In this document: positions 8,529 through 16,432 of the stretch, one piece after another
Numbering within the stretch: position 1 is the first letter of the stretch
Layout: every line of letters starts with the position of its first letter
Assembly (NCBI GenBank): GCA_001787585.1
Contig: MFXW01000074.1
Coordinates: 1 to 46,053, forward strand
Length of the DNA: 46,053 nucleotides
From: Candidatus Peribacteria bacterium RIFCSPHIGHO2_02_FULL_53_20
GTDB taxonomy: Bacteria > Patescibacteriota > Gracilibacteria > Peribacterales > Peribacteraceae
Direction: 5' to 3'
Notes under the pieces: model-generated
What the model saw: only the letters and a program-made list of their open reading frames with translations
Told to the model about the DNA's origin: nothing
Database searches by the model: none
Translations under genes and position numbers: made by a program

Positions 8529-9158
8529 CTATTTCAGTGCGGTTTTCTTTACTGCCTCCCGAAGAATCTGTTGCCATGTGCCGGCGAGCACGGTATCCAG
8601 CACCTTCGGTATTTCTCCTTCCAGATCATGGAAGGTCGTGAGCGCACGTAGGACAATCATCGGATTCCATCGGTCGCCGTATTTCTGCGGTCCGGCATCC
8701 AGGAGGGCACCGAGTCGGATCTCCCCCCGCAGAATCTGTGCGAGATCGATGTAATCTCGCAGAGCGGCGCGTTGGACAACGGCAATCAGTTTCATCAGAG
8801 CGATGTCCCAGACGGACGCGATGTCCACGTGCCCTTCCTGTAGCGGGGCGTGGAGGAGCGGTGGCGGATAGTTTGCGATGAAGCTCATTTTCACACCGTC
8901 GACGGTGCAGTAGAGTGTGTGACTATCCTCCGACATCAGTGTGAGAGCACCCATCTTCCTGAGGTGATCCGCAATGCCCTGCACTCCAGGGTTCGCTGAG
9001 AAGAAGTCGAAATCTACCGATAGACGATGACCGAGCTGCAGAGCCAGCCCCGTACCGCCGGCGAGGTACCACTTTGCTGATTGCAACCAATCTGCTTCTT
9101 CTGTGAGATGTCTCCATAGCCGCTGTTGTGCTTCAGGCAAGATCGCGGTGTGCATCAT
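8529..9158 (-). CDS. Nucleotidyltransferase, AbiEii/AbiGii toxin family (short form, ~209 aa)
   Basis: From MMHTAILPEAQQRL... the motif WYLAGGTGLALQLGHRLSVDFDFFS is typical of AbiEii-type NTases (GGTAL...R.S.D+DF). The longer N-terminal extension in the track is Arg-rich junk that overlaps the upstream ORF. Confidence 0.7.
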   Translation of the reverse strand: MMHTAILPEAQQRLWRHLTEEADWLQSAKWYLAGGTGLALQLGHRLSVDFDFFSANPGVQGIADHLRKMGALTLMSEDSHTLYCTVDGVKMSFIANYPPPLLHAPLQEGHVDIASVWDIALMKLIAVVQRAALRDYIDLAQILRGEIRLGALLDAGPQKYGDRWNPMIVLRALTTFHDLEGEIPKVLDTVLAGTWQQILREAVKKTALK

Positions 9159-9441
9159 TGGTAGCGGGGAGATACGACAGGATTGCGTTATCCGGTAGAG
9201 GAATATCGAAAAGGGTTTCCGCGAATGCCTTGCCCTGAGGAGTCCAAGAGCCCTTGAGCGGCGAGTGTACGGCATCCTCGATGGAACTCTCCGGGAAGCT
9301 CCGCCACATATCTTTCCATTCCTCCCAGGAGCCGTAGCAGAAGACCCGCGTGATGTAGACCTTTTCGGGTGTGCGTTCACCGGATACCCAACAGAGGCGT
9401 GGACTCATGTGCATGTGTATATTGTACCATATATACTCCAT
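9133..9441 (-). CDS. Small partner ORF upstream of the AbiEii-like gene (antitoxin-like; resembles DUF6922-type partners)
   Basis: The ORF overlaps the NTase start by 26 nt. ...VYITRVFCYGSWEEWKDMWRSFPESSIEDAV resembles the small proteins usually paired with short AbiEii genes. The start is uncertain (9441, 9414 or 9408). Confidence 0.5.
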   Translation of the reverse strand: MEYIWYNIHMHMSPRLCWVSGERTPEKVYITRVFCYGSWEEWKDMWRSFPESSIEDAVHSPLKGSWTPQGKAFAETLFDIPLPDNAILSYLPATNDAHRDLA

Positions 9442-9444
9442 ACT

Positions 9445-10323
9445 ATGGCGCTGAGTTTTACGCAGTTAGCGGCTTATCGCCGCTGCCCCCGTCAGTACGA
9501 GTATTGCTACATCAAGAAAATTCCAAAGGGAGTTTCTCCGGGGGAAGCATTTGGTGCGTCGGTGCACAATGCGCTGAAGAAGTGGGGGGATTTGGAGATG
9601 ATGCAATCCTCGGATGAGCAAGCGATTGGCGATAAGCGATTAGCGGTTAGCAGACAACCGAGGTTGTTTGTAGAGGAGCAGGAAGCTAATCGCCAACCGC
9701 TATCCGCTATCCGCTTACATGCCTTATGGCATGAACATTTTCCGTTGAATGCATTCCCAACGAGAGTCGAAGCAGACGCTGCGCGTATGAGAGGAGAGGA
9801 GTTAATGACATTGTTTTATGCATGGTGGAGCGAACGACCGCGGGAAGTGGTGGCGGTGGAGAAGGGATTTTCAATTGATATTGGCGATGAGCGGTTAGCG
9901 GTTAGCGATGAGCGGTTAGCCGCGAAAGCTACACGCTATCCGCTCATCGCTCATCGCTTCACTCTTACTGGCCGCTTCGATCGCATTGAGCGCACGCCGG
10001 AAGGTTTGCATGTCATCGATTTCAAGACGTCGCAGCCGCGGACGCAGGCGGAAGTGGATGCCGATTTGCAGCTTTCGATTTATGCACTGGCGGCGCGTGA
10101 GGATTTCGGAGAGCTGCCGGTCGTATTGTCCCTGCTCCACATCACCGAAGACGGGATTCTGGAGATGCGGACAACGCGCCATGCAGGACAAGTGCAGGAT
10201 GCGATCAAGCAGATCACAGCGATCCACGGACGGATCACCGAAAAAGATTTCCGACCGACGCCGGCGGCGGCTGTGTGTAAATGGTGTCCGTATAAGGGAG
10301 TGTGTGACGTGGCGGCGGTGTAG
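9445..10323 (+). CDS. PD-(D/E)XK nuclease with Cas4/AddB-type Fe-S cysteines (RecB-family exonuclease)
   Basis: N-terminal Cys in YRRCPRQYEY. Nuclease motifs GRFDRIE, VIDFKTSQ and QLSIYALA. C-terminal CKWCPYKGVC. The start is taken at the ATG at 9445; the upstream extension in the track overlaps the minus-strand genes. Confidence 0.8.
   Translation: MALSFTQLAAYRRCPRQYEYCYIKKIPKGVSPGEAFGASVHNALKKWGDLEMMQSSDEQAIGDKRLAVSRQPRLFVEEQEANRQPLSAIRLHALWHEHFPLNAFPTRVEADAARMRGEELMTLFYAWWSERPREVVAVEKGFSIDIGDERLAVSDERLAAKATRYPLIAHRFTLTGRFDRIERTPEGLHVIDFKTSQPRTQAEVDADLQLSIYALAAREDFGELPVVLSLLHITEDGILEMRTTRHAGQVQDAIKQITAIHGRITEKDFRPTPAAAVCKWCPYKGVCDVAAV
9622..9719. repeat. In-frame palindromic module 1: tandem heptamers GCGATTG GCGATAA GCGATTA GCGGTTA, spacer, inverted heptamers GCTAATC GCCAACC GCTATCC GCTATCC
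   Basis: Read directly from the sequence. The arms pair imperfectly, with purine transitions. A central mini-hairpin reads acaacc ga ggttgt. Confidence 0.8.
9884..9962. repeat. In-frame palindromic module 2: GCGATGA GCGGTTA GCGGTTA GCGATGA GCGGTTA, 14-nt loop, GCTATCC GCTCATC GCTCATC
   Basis: gcgatgagcggttagc (9905-9920) pairs with gctatccgctcatcgc (9935-9950) at 15 of 16 positions. It encodes GDERLAVSDERLAAKATRYPLIAHR. Confidence 0.85.
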
Positions 10324-10346
10324 AGACGTCCGGCCGGACGTCTCTA
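10321..10346 (+). terminator. Perfect 26-bp palindrome overlapping the nuclease stop codon
   Basis: tagagacgtccgg/ccggacgtctcta. No U-tract follows, so a terminator function is only plausible. Confidence 0.4.
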
Positions 10347-10390
10347 CGGTAGCCGTCACACGCGATCATTGTTTGTTGTATGCTTCCCCT

Positions 10391-10807
10391 ATGCAAACCC
10401 TCCACGACTACCTCTTCGCCATCCCCATGGTCGTCCTCGTTCTCACGGAGATCACCAAGATGATCGTCGAGGACTTCCGCTCAGGGCACTGGCACCTCGC
10501 GCTCTTTCGTCCGGGGGGATTTCCAAGTTCGCATTCGGCATTCGTCACGTCGCTCCTCATTATTCTCTGGTACAAACTGGGGTTGCAATCTGAGGAGTTC
10601 GCCATCGCCTTTGTTTTCGCGTGCGTCGTGTGGTACGACGCAATGAGTGTGAGACGAGCTGTAGGGGAGCAGGCTAAGGCACTCAATCAGCTTCAGCATC
10701 TGCGGCACTACGCCGAGCGGCTCGGGCATTCATTCATTGAAGTACTTGGGGGCATTGTGTTTGGGGCATTGGTGACCGCTCTGGGCATCGCCATCAGCAA
10801 GCTGTAA
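10391..10807 (+). CDS. Divergent PAP2-family membrane protein (DUF212/YuiD-like)
   Basis: GGFPSSHSAFVTSL...VVWYDAMSVRRAVGEQAKALN matches the GG.PSSHSA...YDA.GVRR..G.QA signature. The ATG at 10391 is in frame with track ORF 9986..10807. Confidence 0.8.
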   Translation: MQTLHDYLFAIPMVVLVLTEITKMIVEDFRSGHWHLALFRPGGFPSSHSAFVTSLLIILWYKLGLQSEEFAIAFVFACVVWYDAMSVRRAVGEQAKALNQLQHLRHYAERLGHSFIEVLGGIVFGALVTALGIAISKL

Positions 10808-10816
10808 ACTTTCGCC

Positions 10817-12544
10817 ATGCTCCAGTCCCAGATTTTCGCAAAGACTTCCAAATCCTCCCGCGCGGACGCCGAGAGCGTGAATGCCGATCTCCTCACGCGC
10901 GCGGGTTTCATCAACAAAACCATGGCCGGCGTTTACTCTTTTCTGCCGCTCGGATGGCGTGTACTCCGGAATATCGAAAATCTGCTCCGGGAGGAAATGG
11001 ATCCGATCGGGGCAGAAGTATTCCTCCCGTCCCTGACACCATTTGAACAGTGGGAAAAGACGGGAAGGCTCAACTCTGTCGGTATTCTGTTTCAGGCATG
11101 CGCGGCAAACGATCTCGGAAGGAAGATTCACGATGCGCATTACGTCCTCAATTCCACGCACGAGGAAGTGATCACGCCGCTCGTACAGTCCTTTGCGGTA
11201 AGCCACAAAGATTTTCCCTGTGCTGCGTACCAGATCCAGACGAAATTTCGCAACGAAGCGCGCGTGAAATCCGGATTACTCCGATGCCGCGAGTTTCGCA
11301 TGAAGGATCTCTACAGCTTTCATACATCAGAGGAAGACATGCTCGATTACTTCTTCCACAAGGCGATTCCCGCCTATACCCGGTTTTTTGATCGTGTTGG
11401 ACTCGGCGACCGCACGGTCATCGCGCTCGCCTCAGGGGGAGACTTCAGCAAGGAGTACTCGCGGGAATTCCAGACGCTCTGCCCTATGGGGGAAGATCAG
11501 CTTTTCCAGATTCCGGGAACAGATACGTACTACAACCGTGAGGTTGCGCCGAGCAAAGCAATTCTCTGGGGTGATCCCAAGGAGAAAGAGTTGCCGCGCA
11601 GGGATGTGACAGGGAAAGGGATCATTGGTGTCGCCGAACTTGCTGCATTCCTGAAAATTGAAGTAGAGCGCACGACGAAAACGCTGCTCTTCTCTTCCGA
11701 CAAGGGCTTTGTCGCAGCGATGGTGCGCGGCGGATACGACGTGAATGAGGAGAAGCTCCGAAAAGTTGTTGGTTGTTCCAACATGCAGCTGGCATCCGCT
11801 GAGGAGGTCAAAAAACTCACAAAGGCTGAAGTCGGTTACGCCGGACCCATCGGTCTCCCATCATCGGTTCATCTTGTATGGGACGAATCCACAGCTCATC
11901 GGAAGAACTTCGAGTGCGGAGCGAACGAAACCGACAAACACACGACCAATGCGAATTTCAGCCGGGATGTCGCCGTTCCGGAACAATTTTACGACATCAA
12001 AGTCGCGCGGGAAGGGGATCTGGACCCCGAAACGGGAAAGCGTTACGACGTGCACCGTGCTGCGGAGGTGGGGAATGTCTTCACGCTTTACACGAAGTTC
12101 TCTGATGCGTTCGGATTCCAGTTTACGGATAAAGATGGCAAGGAGAAGCCGGTGTACATGGGCTGCTACGGCATCGGCACATCCCGGATCATGGGAACCC
12201 TTGCAGAGGTTCTTCACGACGATGCGGGACTTCTGTGGCCTTCTGCTGTCGCACCGTTCCATGTCCATGTTCTGCCGTTTGCGAAAACCAAGGAGGAAGA
12301 ATCGTTCATCGTGGCAATGGATCTCGCCGGATCCATGGAGAAGACCGGTCACACCGTGCTTGTCGATGATCGACTGGATGTTTCCGCCGGTTCCCGCATG
12401 GCGGATAGTGATCTCATCGGCATTCCGAAGCGGATCGTTGTTTCCCAGAGGAGCCTTCAGGCGGGTGGGGCAGAAGTGAAAGATCGGCTCATCGGCACTG
12501 TCAACATTGTTCCATTGGATGTGCTGGTGCGAGAAGGTGTATAG
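10817..12544 (+). CDS. proS: Proline--tRNA ligase (bacterial type with insertion domain)
   Basis: MLQSQIFAKTSK..ADAESVNADLLTRAGFI..MAGVYSFLPLGWRVLRNIE. Class II motifs FRNEARVKSGLLRCREFRMKD and GCYGIGTSR. Confidence 0.92.
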   Translation: MLQSQIFAKTSKSSRADAESVNADLLTRAGFINKTMAGVYSFLPLGWRVLRNIENLLREEMDPIGAEVFLPSLTPFEQWEKTGRLNSVGILFQACAANDLGRKIHDAHYVLNSTHEEVITPLVQSFAVSHKDFPCAAYQIQTKFRNEARVKSGLLRCREFRMKDLYSFHTSEEDMLDYFFHKAIPAYTRFFDRVGLGDRTVIALASGGDFSKEYSREFQTLCPMGEDQLFQIPGTDTYYNREVAPSKAILWGDPKEKELPRRDVTGKGIIGVAELAAFLKIEVERTTKTLLFSSDKGFVAAMVRGGYDVNEEKLRKVVGCSNMQLASAEEVKKLTKAEVGYAGPIGLPSSVHLVWDESTAHRKNFECGANETDKHTTNANFSRDVAVPEQFYDIKVAREGDLDPETGKRYDVHRAAEVGNVFTLYTKFSDAFGFQFTDKDGKEKPVYMGCYGIGTSRIMGTLAEVLHDDAGLLWPSAVAPFHVHVLPFAKTKEEESFIVAMDLAGSMEKTGHTVLVDDRLDVSAGSRMADSDLIGIPKRIVVSQRSLQAGGAEVKDRLIGTVNIVPLDVLVREGV

Positions 12545-12554
12545 TGCAGGGACT

Positions 12555-12935
12555 ATGAAGAAACTCTCCCTCCTTGTCGGTGCCCTCGGTGGATCACTTG
12601 CCGGATATATTTTCTCCAATCAGAAACTGCGCGAGCAGCTCACAAACGCGAAAGACGCAGAAGCCGCCGCAAAGATTTTGGGCAAACACCTGAGCCACGA
12701 CGGTAAAAAGATTGCGAAGGAAGTGCAGGAATTTGTTCAGAGCGATGACGTGCAGAAGAATCTGACGAAGGCGAGAAAATTCGCGGGACAGAAATTCGAG
12801 GAAGCCAAGAAAGAAGTGGCTGCTCTCATGGAGACCGGGACGGAGCGCGCCAAGGTTGCCGCACGCAAAGGAGCGGTACAGGCCAAGCGCACCGTGAAGA
12901 AAATGAAAGTGAAGGTTCGGGCTGTCAGCAGGTAG
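12555..12935 (+). CDS. YtxH-like protein (N-terminal membrane anchor, K/A/E-rich helical tail)
   Basis: MKKLSLLVGALGGSLAGYIFSNQKLREQL... followed by a charged helical region. The ATG at 12555 lies within track ORF 12507..12935. Confidence 0.6.
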   Translation: MKKLSLLVGALGGSLAGYIFSNQKLREQLTNAKDAEAAAKILGKHLSHDGKKIAKEVQEFVQSDDVQKNLTKARKFAGQKFEEAKKEVAALMETGTERAKVAARKGAVQAKRTVKKMKVKVRAVSR

Positions 12936-13030
12936 ATTTTTAACAGGAAATAGTCTCGCGTGACATTGCACACGCGGGGTGATCGCTCTAGGCTTTTCCC
13001 GTTCCATTATTCATTTTTCCCCGCTTTCCT

Positions 13031-13462
13031 ATGCGTCCATACTTTCCTATCGCTATGGTTGCGGCGATGTCCCTGTCCTTTGTGACTCCCGGCTTTGCCT
13101 ATGTTGCTGAGGGCACGAGAACCGAGCACCAGAGCCGCCGGTTGGTGGATAGTGCCGCCCGTGGTGCCAATGATATCAGCGCCGGTCTCACGAGGACCAT
13201 GCGCACGCGCAAGCCTGCGGAGGCCCAGGAGAACGGGCTCACCAAGCTTCGCCGTGCCAGCGGACAGCATAACCGCAATGCAAACCGCAAACCCAAGGAG
13301 GGCAGCGACCGTTACCGCACGCTGCACCCCAACACCCGCAGCCTGCGCAGGGATGCAGAGGGTATCGAGTCGATGCTGCCGGGAAGACTCGTGCAGACCG
13401 GAGGGCTCTATGATCGCCCGACACGCAGGGATATCACGGGATCGCTCGAGATGTTGCACTGA
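13031..13462 (+). CDS. Small, very basic secreted hypothetical protein (143 aa)
   Basis: Signal-peptide-like MRPYFPIAMVAAMSLSFVTPGFAYVAEG, Arg-rich remainder, followed by an intrinsic terminator. Confidence 0.5.
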   Translation: MRPYFPIAMVAAMSLSFVTPGFAYVAEGTRTEHQSRRLVDSAARGANDISAGLTRTMRTRKPAEAQENGLTKLRRASGQHNRNANRKPKEGSDRYRTLHPNTRSLRRDAEGIESMLPGRLVQTGGLYDRPTRRDITGSLEMLH

Positions 13463-13482
13463 TTCTGAAGTTGTTGCTGAGA

Positions 13483-13510
13483 AACGCCGGCACCCGCCGG
13501 CGTTTTTTCT
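13483..13510. terminator. Bidirectional intrinsic terminator between convergent genes
   Basis: aacgccgg-cacccg-ccggcgtt followed by tttttt on the plus strand. An A-run precedes it, giving a U-tract for the minus-strand transcript. Confidence 0.75.
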
Positions 13511-13522
13511 TTTCCTGTTTTT

Positions 13523-14545
13523 TCATCCTACGCCGTTCTCGTGTGCATCTTCAGGAGCAGCCTTCAGCAATATTTTCGGCTGCACACGTTCACTATACGT
13601 CCGTTTTTCCGGGGGGATACCGTATGTCTCTGCGAGGATCTCGAGAGCTGAGAAATTATCACTACACATGTGGAAGAGACCGAGCTCATCTTCATTGATA
13701 GTGTCATGTTGGATGCAACTTTTGTACAGGAACTCTATGAGCGGGTCGAAGAACCCCTCATAGTTCATCATGATAATCGGCACGGTATAATTTGTGCCGA
13801 GCTTTTGCAGTTGTTTGAGCACCACATACTCCGACCATTCATCGATGGTGCCGAATCCTCCGGGGAGTACGATGATCGCCGTTCGATCCTCCTCGCTGTC
13901 GCGCATGGCGGCATCCGCTAGCCCTACCTTGCGAGGTCCGAAGTAGTTGCATTCCGCAACATTATCCCGTTCAAGTGCAGCGTTAATATTCTGCTCGAAG
14001 AACGTTTGCTCGCTTTCGAGTCGTATCTTCACGCCCGCTGTACGTCCTCCGGCTTCCCGAGCACCCACAAGAGGAGCCTCCATCATACCGGGTCCGGCAC
14101 CGGACCATGAAGTGGAACCCAAGAGCTGATGTACCTCGCGCCCGAGTTCGCGTGCCTCTTCATACATAGTCGATCCCGGTTTCAGTCGCGCGGAGCCAAG
14201 ATATACGATGCCTCGTTCTCTGCGGTTGACGACCTCGAAGCAGTTCAGTATTTCTCCCTTCATACGTTCTGCACTCTGTCGCTGGCGCTCAGCTCTCAGT
14301 GCCTCTTCGATCGCTGTTTCATTGATGCGGTCTTGAATGCGGTGGAGTGCCTGTCGTGCCCCACCCCGCACTCGTCCGGAGAGCATTTTCAACTGTGTTC
14401 GAATATGGATACAGAAGGATCCCTGCTCGTTTGTTGTCCAATCCTTCCATTGGCTCAGGAGCTCGTCACGGAGTCGTTGCACATCACTGTGACTCTTTTC
14501 CGTTTCACGCATGACGATTTGCTCGATGCGTTCAGTGGAAAGCAT
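13523..14545 (-). CDS. LOG-family (TIGR00730-type) nucleotide-monophosphate nucleosidase-like protein with an N-terminal extension of roughly 110 aa
   Basis: IVYLGSARLKPG...GGRTAGVKI...IVLPGGFGTIDEWSE contains the PGG.GT..E LOG signature. Confidence 0.8.
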   Translation of the reverse strand: MLSTERIEQIVMRETEKSHSDVQRLRDELLSQWKDWTTNEQGSFCIHIRTQLKMLSGRVRGGARQALHRIQDRINETAIEEALRAERQRQSAERMKGEILNCFEVVNRRERGIVYLGSARLKPGSTMYEEARELGREVHQLLGSTSWSGAGPGMMEAPLVGAREAGGRTAGVKIRLESEQTFFEQNINAALERDNVAECNYFGPRKVGLADAAMRDSEEDRTAIIVLPGGFGTIDEWSEYVVLKQLQKLGTNYTVPIIMMNYEGFFDPLIEFLYKSCIQHDTINEDELGLFHMCSDNFSALEILAETYGIPPEKRTYSERVQPKILLKAAPEDAHENGVG

Positions 14546-14674
14546 GTAGCAATTATAGTATATAATTAAAATTAGTCAATTTTCTTGTCTTTGGAAATGT
14601 TTTCGGTAGGATATCCAGCGGGCTCGGGAAATTCCCAAGGCATCCCCCAATAGGAGGAATGCCCGCGTTTGTCT

Positions 14675-16372
14675 ATGAATCCCAAACCCCACAGTACCGG
14701 CTCGAAAAAGAAAACCAAGCGAAGCCCTGCATTCGGTGGAGCGAAGTTTATCATTGTTACCGGAGGAGTGTGCAGCAGCTTGGGAAAGGGGATTGCCACC
14801 GCCTCCATCGGCGCGATCATGAAGGCCTGTGGATACAAAGTATTTGTGCAGAAGCTCGATCCGTATTTGAATGTGGATCCTGGAACCATGAGTCCGTTCC
14901 AGCACGGGGAAGTCTTCGTGACCGATGATGGTGCGGAGACGGATCTGGATCTTGGACACTACGAACGCTTCATTGACGAACCGATGAGCAAGCTCTCCAC
15001 GATCACGACGGGGAAAATTTACACGGATGTCATTGCTAAAGAACGGCGCGGAGATTTTCTTGGGGGCACCATCCAGGTTGTTCCGCACATCACCAATGCT
15101 ATCAAGGATTCGATCATCGGAGCGGCAAAGAAGAGCAAAGCCGAAATCATGATGGTGGAAGTCGGCGGAACAGTCGGAGACATTGAAGGGGAGCCCTATC
15201 TGGAGGCGATCCGTCAGATGAAATCCGATATGGGACCTGCGCGTATTTTCCATGTGCATCTCACACTCCTGCCATATCTTGCTGCATCCAAAGAGCTGAA
15301 GACGAAGCCCACGCAGCTTTCTGTGCGTGAACTCCGGCGCATCGGTTTGCAGCCCGATATCATCCTGACGCGCGCAGATCATAAAATCCCCACGGAACTT
15401 CTCGATAAAGTGAGCAAGTTCTGTGACGTGCCGCGCTCTGCGGTTATCCCTGCTCCCACAGTGAAATCCATCTACGATGTTCCCCTCAATCTGCAACAGT
15501 ACGATATCGCTGGGGTCATCGGCAAGAAACTGGGTCTCGGCAGACTCAGGCCTGATATGCGTGAATGGGAGGAGGGGCGCAAGCGTTATGAAGAGGCGAG
15601 CGAGCCCGTCCGTATCGCGCTTGTCGGCAAATACACGCATCTCGATGACGCGTACTTGAGCCAGATTGAATCCATCAAGTCCGCTGCCGTCTTCCACGGA
15701 CGCAAGGCTGAGATCGTCTGGGTAGACAGCGAGAAACTGGAAAAGAATGATGCGGAAATCTGGAAAGAGCTCAAGAGTGCTGCGGGCATCATCGTCTCCA
15801 GCGGATTTGGCAGTCGCGGCATCGAGGGAAAGATTGCCGCTGCGTGGTACGCTCGTACGCACAAGGTTCCGTACTTAGGTCTTTGTCTCGGATCGCAAAT
15901 CCTCGCCATCGAATTTGCCAGAAGTATGCTCAAAGACAACAAACTCACGAGTCAGGAGTTCGATGAAAAGGGATTACTCGGGCAAGAACGTTACGTCGTG
16001 CACTATCTCCCCGGTCAACACAAAGGGCGCAGCATGGGAGGCACATTGCGTCTGGGCGCATACCAATGTCGACTCAAGAAGGGGACAAAAGCGTATGCGT
16101 CGTACAAGGAAGCTGGTCAAATCGCGAAAGATGGAACCATCTCCGAGCGTCACCGTCATCGCTACGAATTCAATCAAGCATTCCGTACGCGTCTTGAGGA
16201 GAAGGGACTCGTATTCTCCGGCGAAGGACCAGAGACAGGACTTATGGAGATTGTCGAAGTGAAAGATCATCCTTTCATGGTGGGATCGCAGTTCCATCCG
16301 GAATTCAAAAGCAGACCGCATCGACCACATCCATTGTTTGAAGGATTTATGAAAGCAGTGACGGGGAAATAG
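14675..16372 (+). CDS. pyrG: CTP synthase
   Basis: KFIIVTGGVCSSLGKGIATAS, GATase catalytic GLCLGSQ, HRHRYEFN. AGGAGG at 14652-14657. The track start at TTG 14669 is an alternative. Confidence 0.95.
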   Translation: MNPKPHSTGSKKKTKRSPAFGGAKFIIVTGGVCSSLGKGIATASIGAIMKACGYKVFVQKLDPYLNVDPGTMSPFQHGEVFVTDDGAETDLDLGHYERFIDEPMSKLSTITTGKIYTDVIAKERRGDFLGGTIQVVPHITNAIKDSIIGAAKKSKAEIMMVEVGGTVGDIEGEPYLEAIRQMKSDMGPARIFHVHLTLLPYLAASKELKTKPTQLSVRELRRIGLQPDIILTRADHKIPTELLDKVSKFCDVPRSAVIPAPTVKSIYDVPLNLQQYDIAGVIGKKLGLGRLRPDMREWEEGRKRYEEASEPVRIALVGKYTHLDDAYLSQIESIKSAAVFHGRKAEIVWVDSEKLEKNDAEIWKELKSAAGIIVSSGFGSRGIEGKIAAAWYARTHKVPYLGLCLGSQILAIEFARSMLKDNKLTSQEFDEKGLLGQERYVVHYLPGQHKGRSMGGTLRLGAYQCRLKKGTKAYASYKEAGQIAKDGTISERHRHRYEFNQAFRTRLEEKGLVFSGEGPETGLMEIVEVKDHPFMVGSQFHPEFKSRPHRPHPLFEGFMKAVTGK

Positions 16373-16432
16373 GGGTTTGTTCTTTTCGGGCATGGAACCA
16401 TTTTTATCCCATACGGAAGCCATAATTTGCTC

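Noticed and set aside
14576-15862. 428-aa minus-strand ORF
   Set aside because: It lies entirely antisense to the strongly conserved pyrG gene. Its composition is Arg/Asp/His-skewed and it has no recognisable motifs. It is a typical shadow ORF of a GC-rich coding region.
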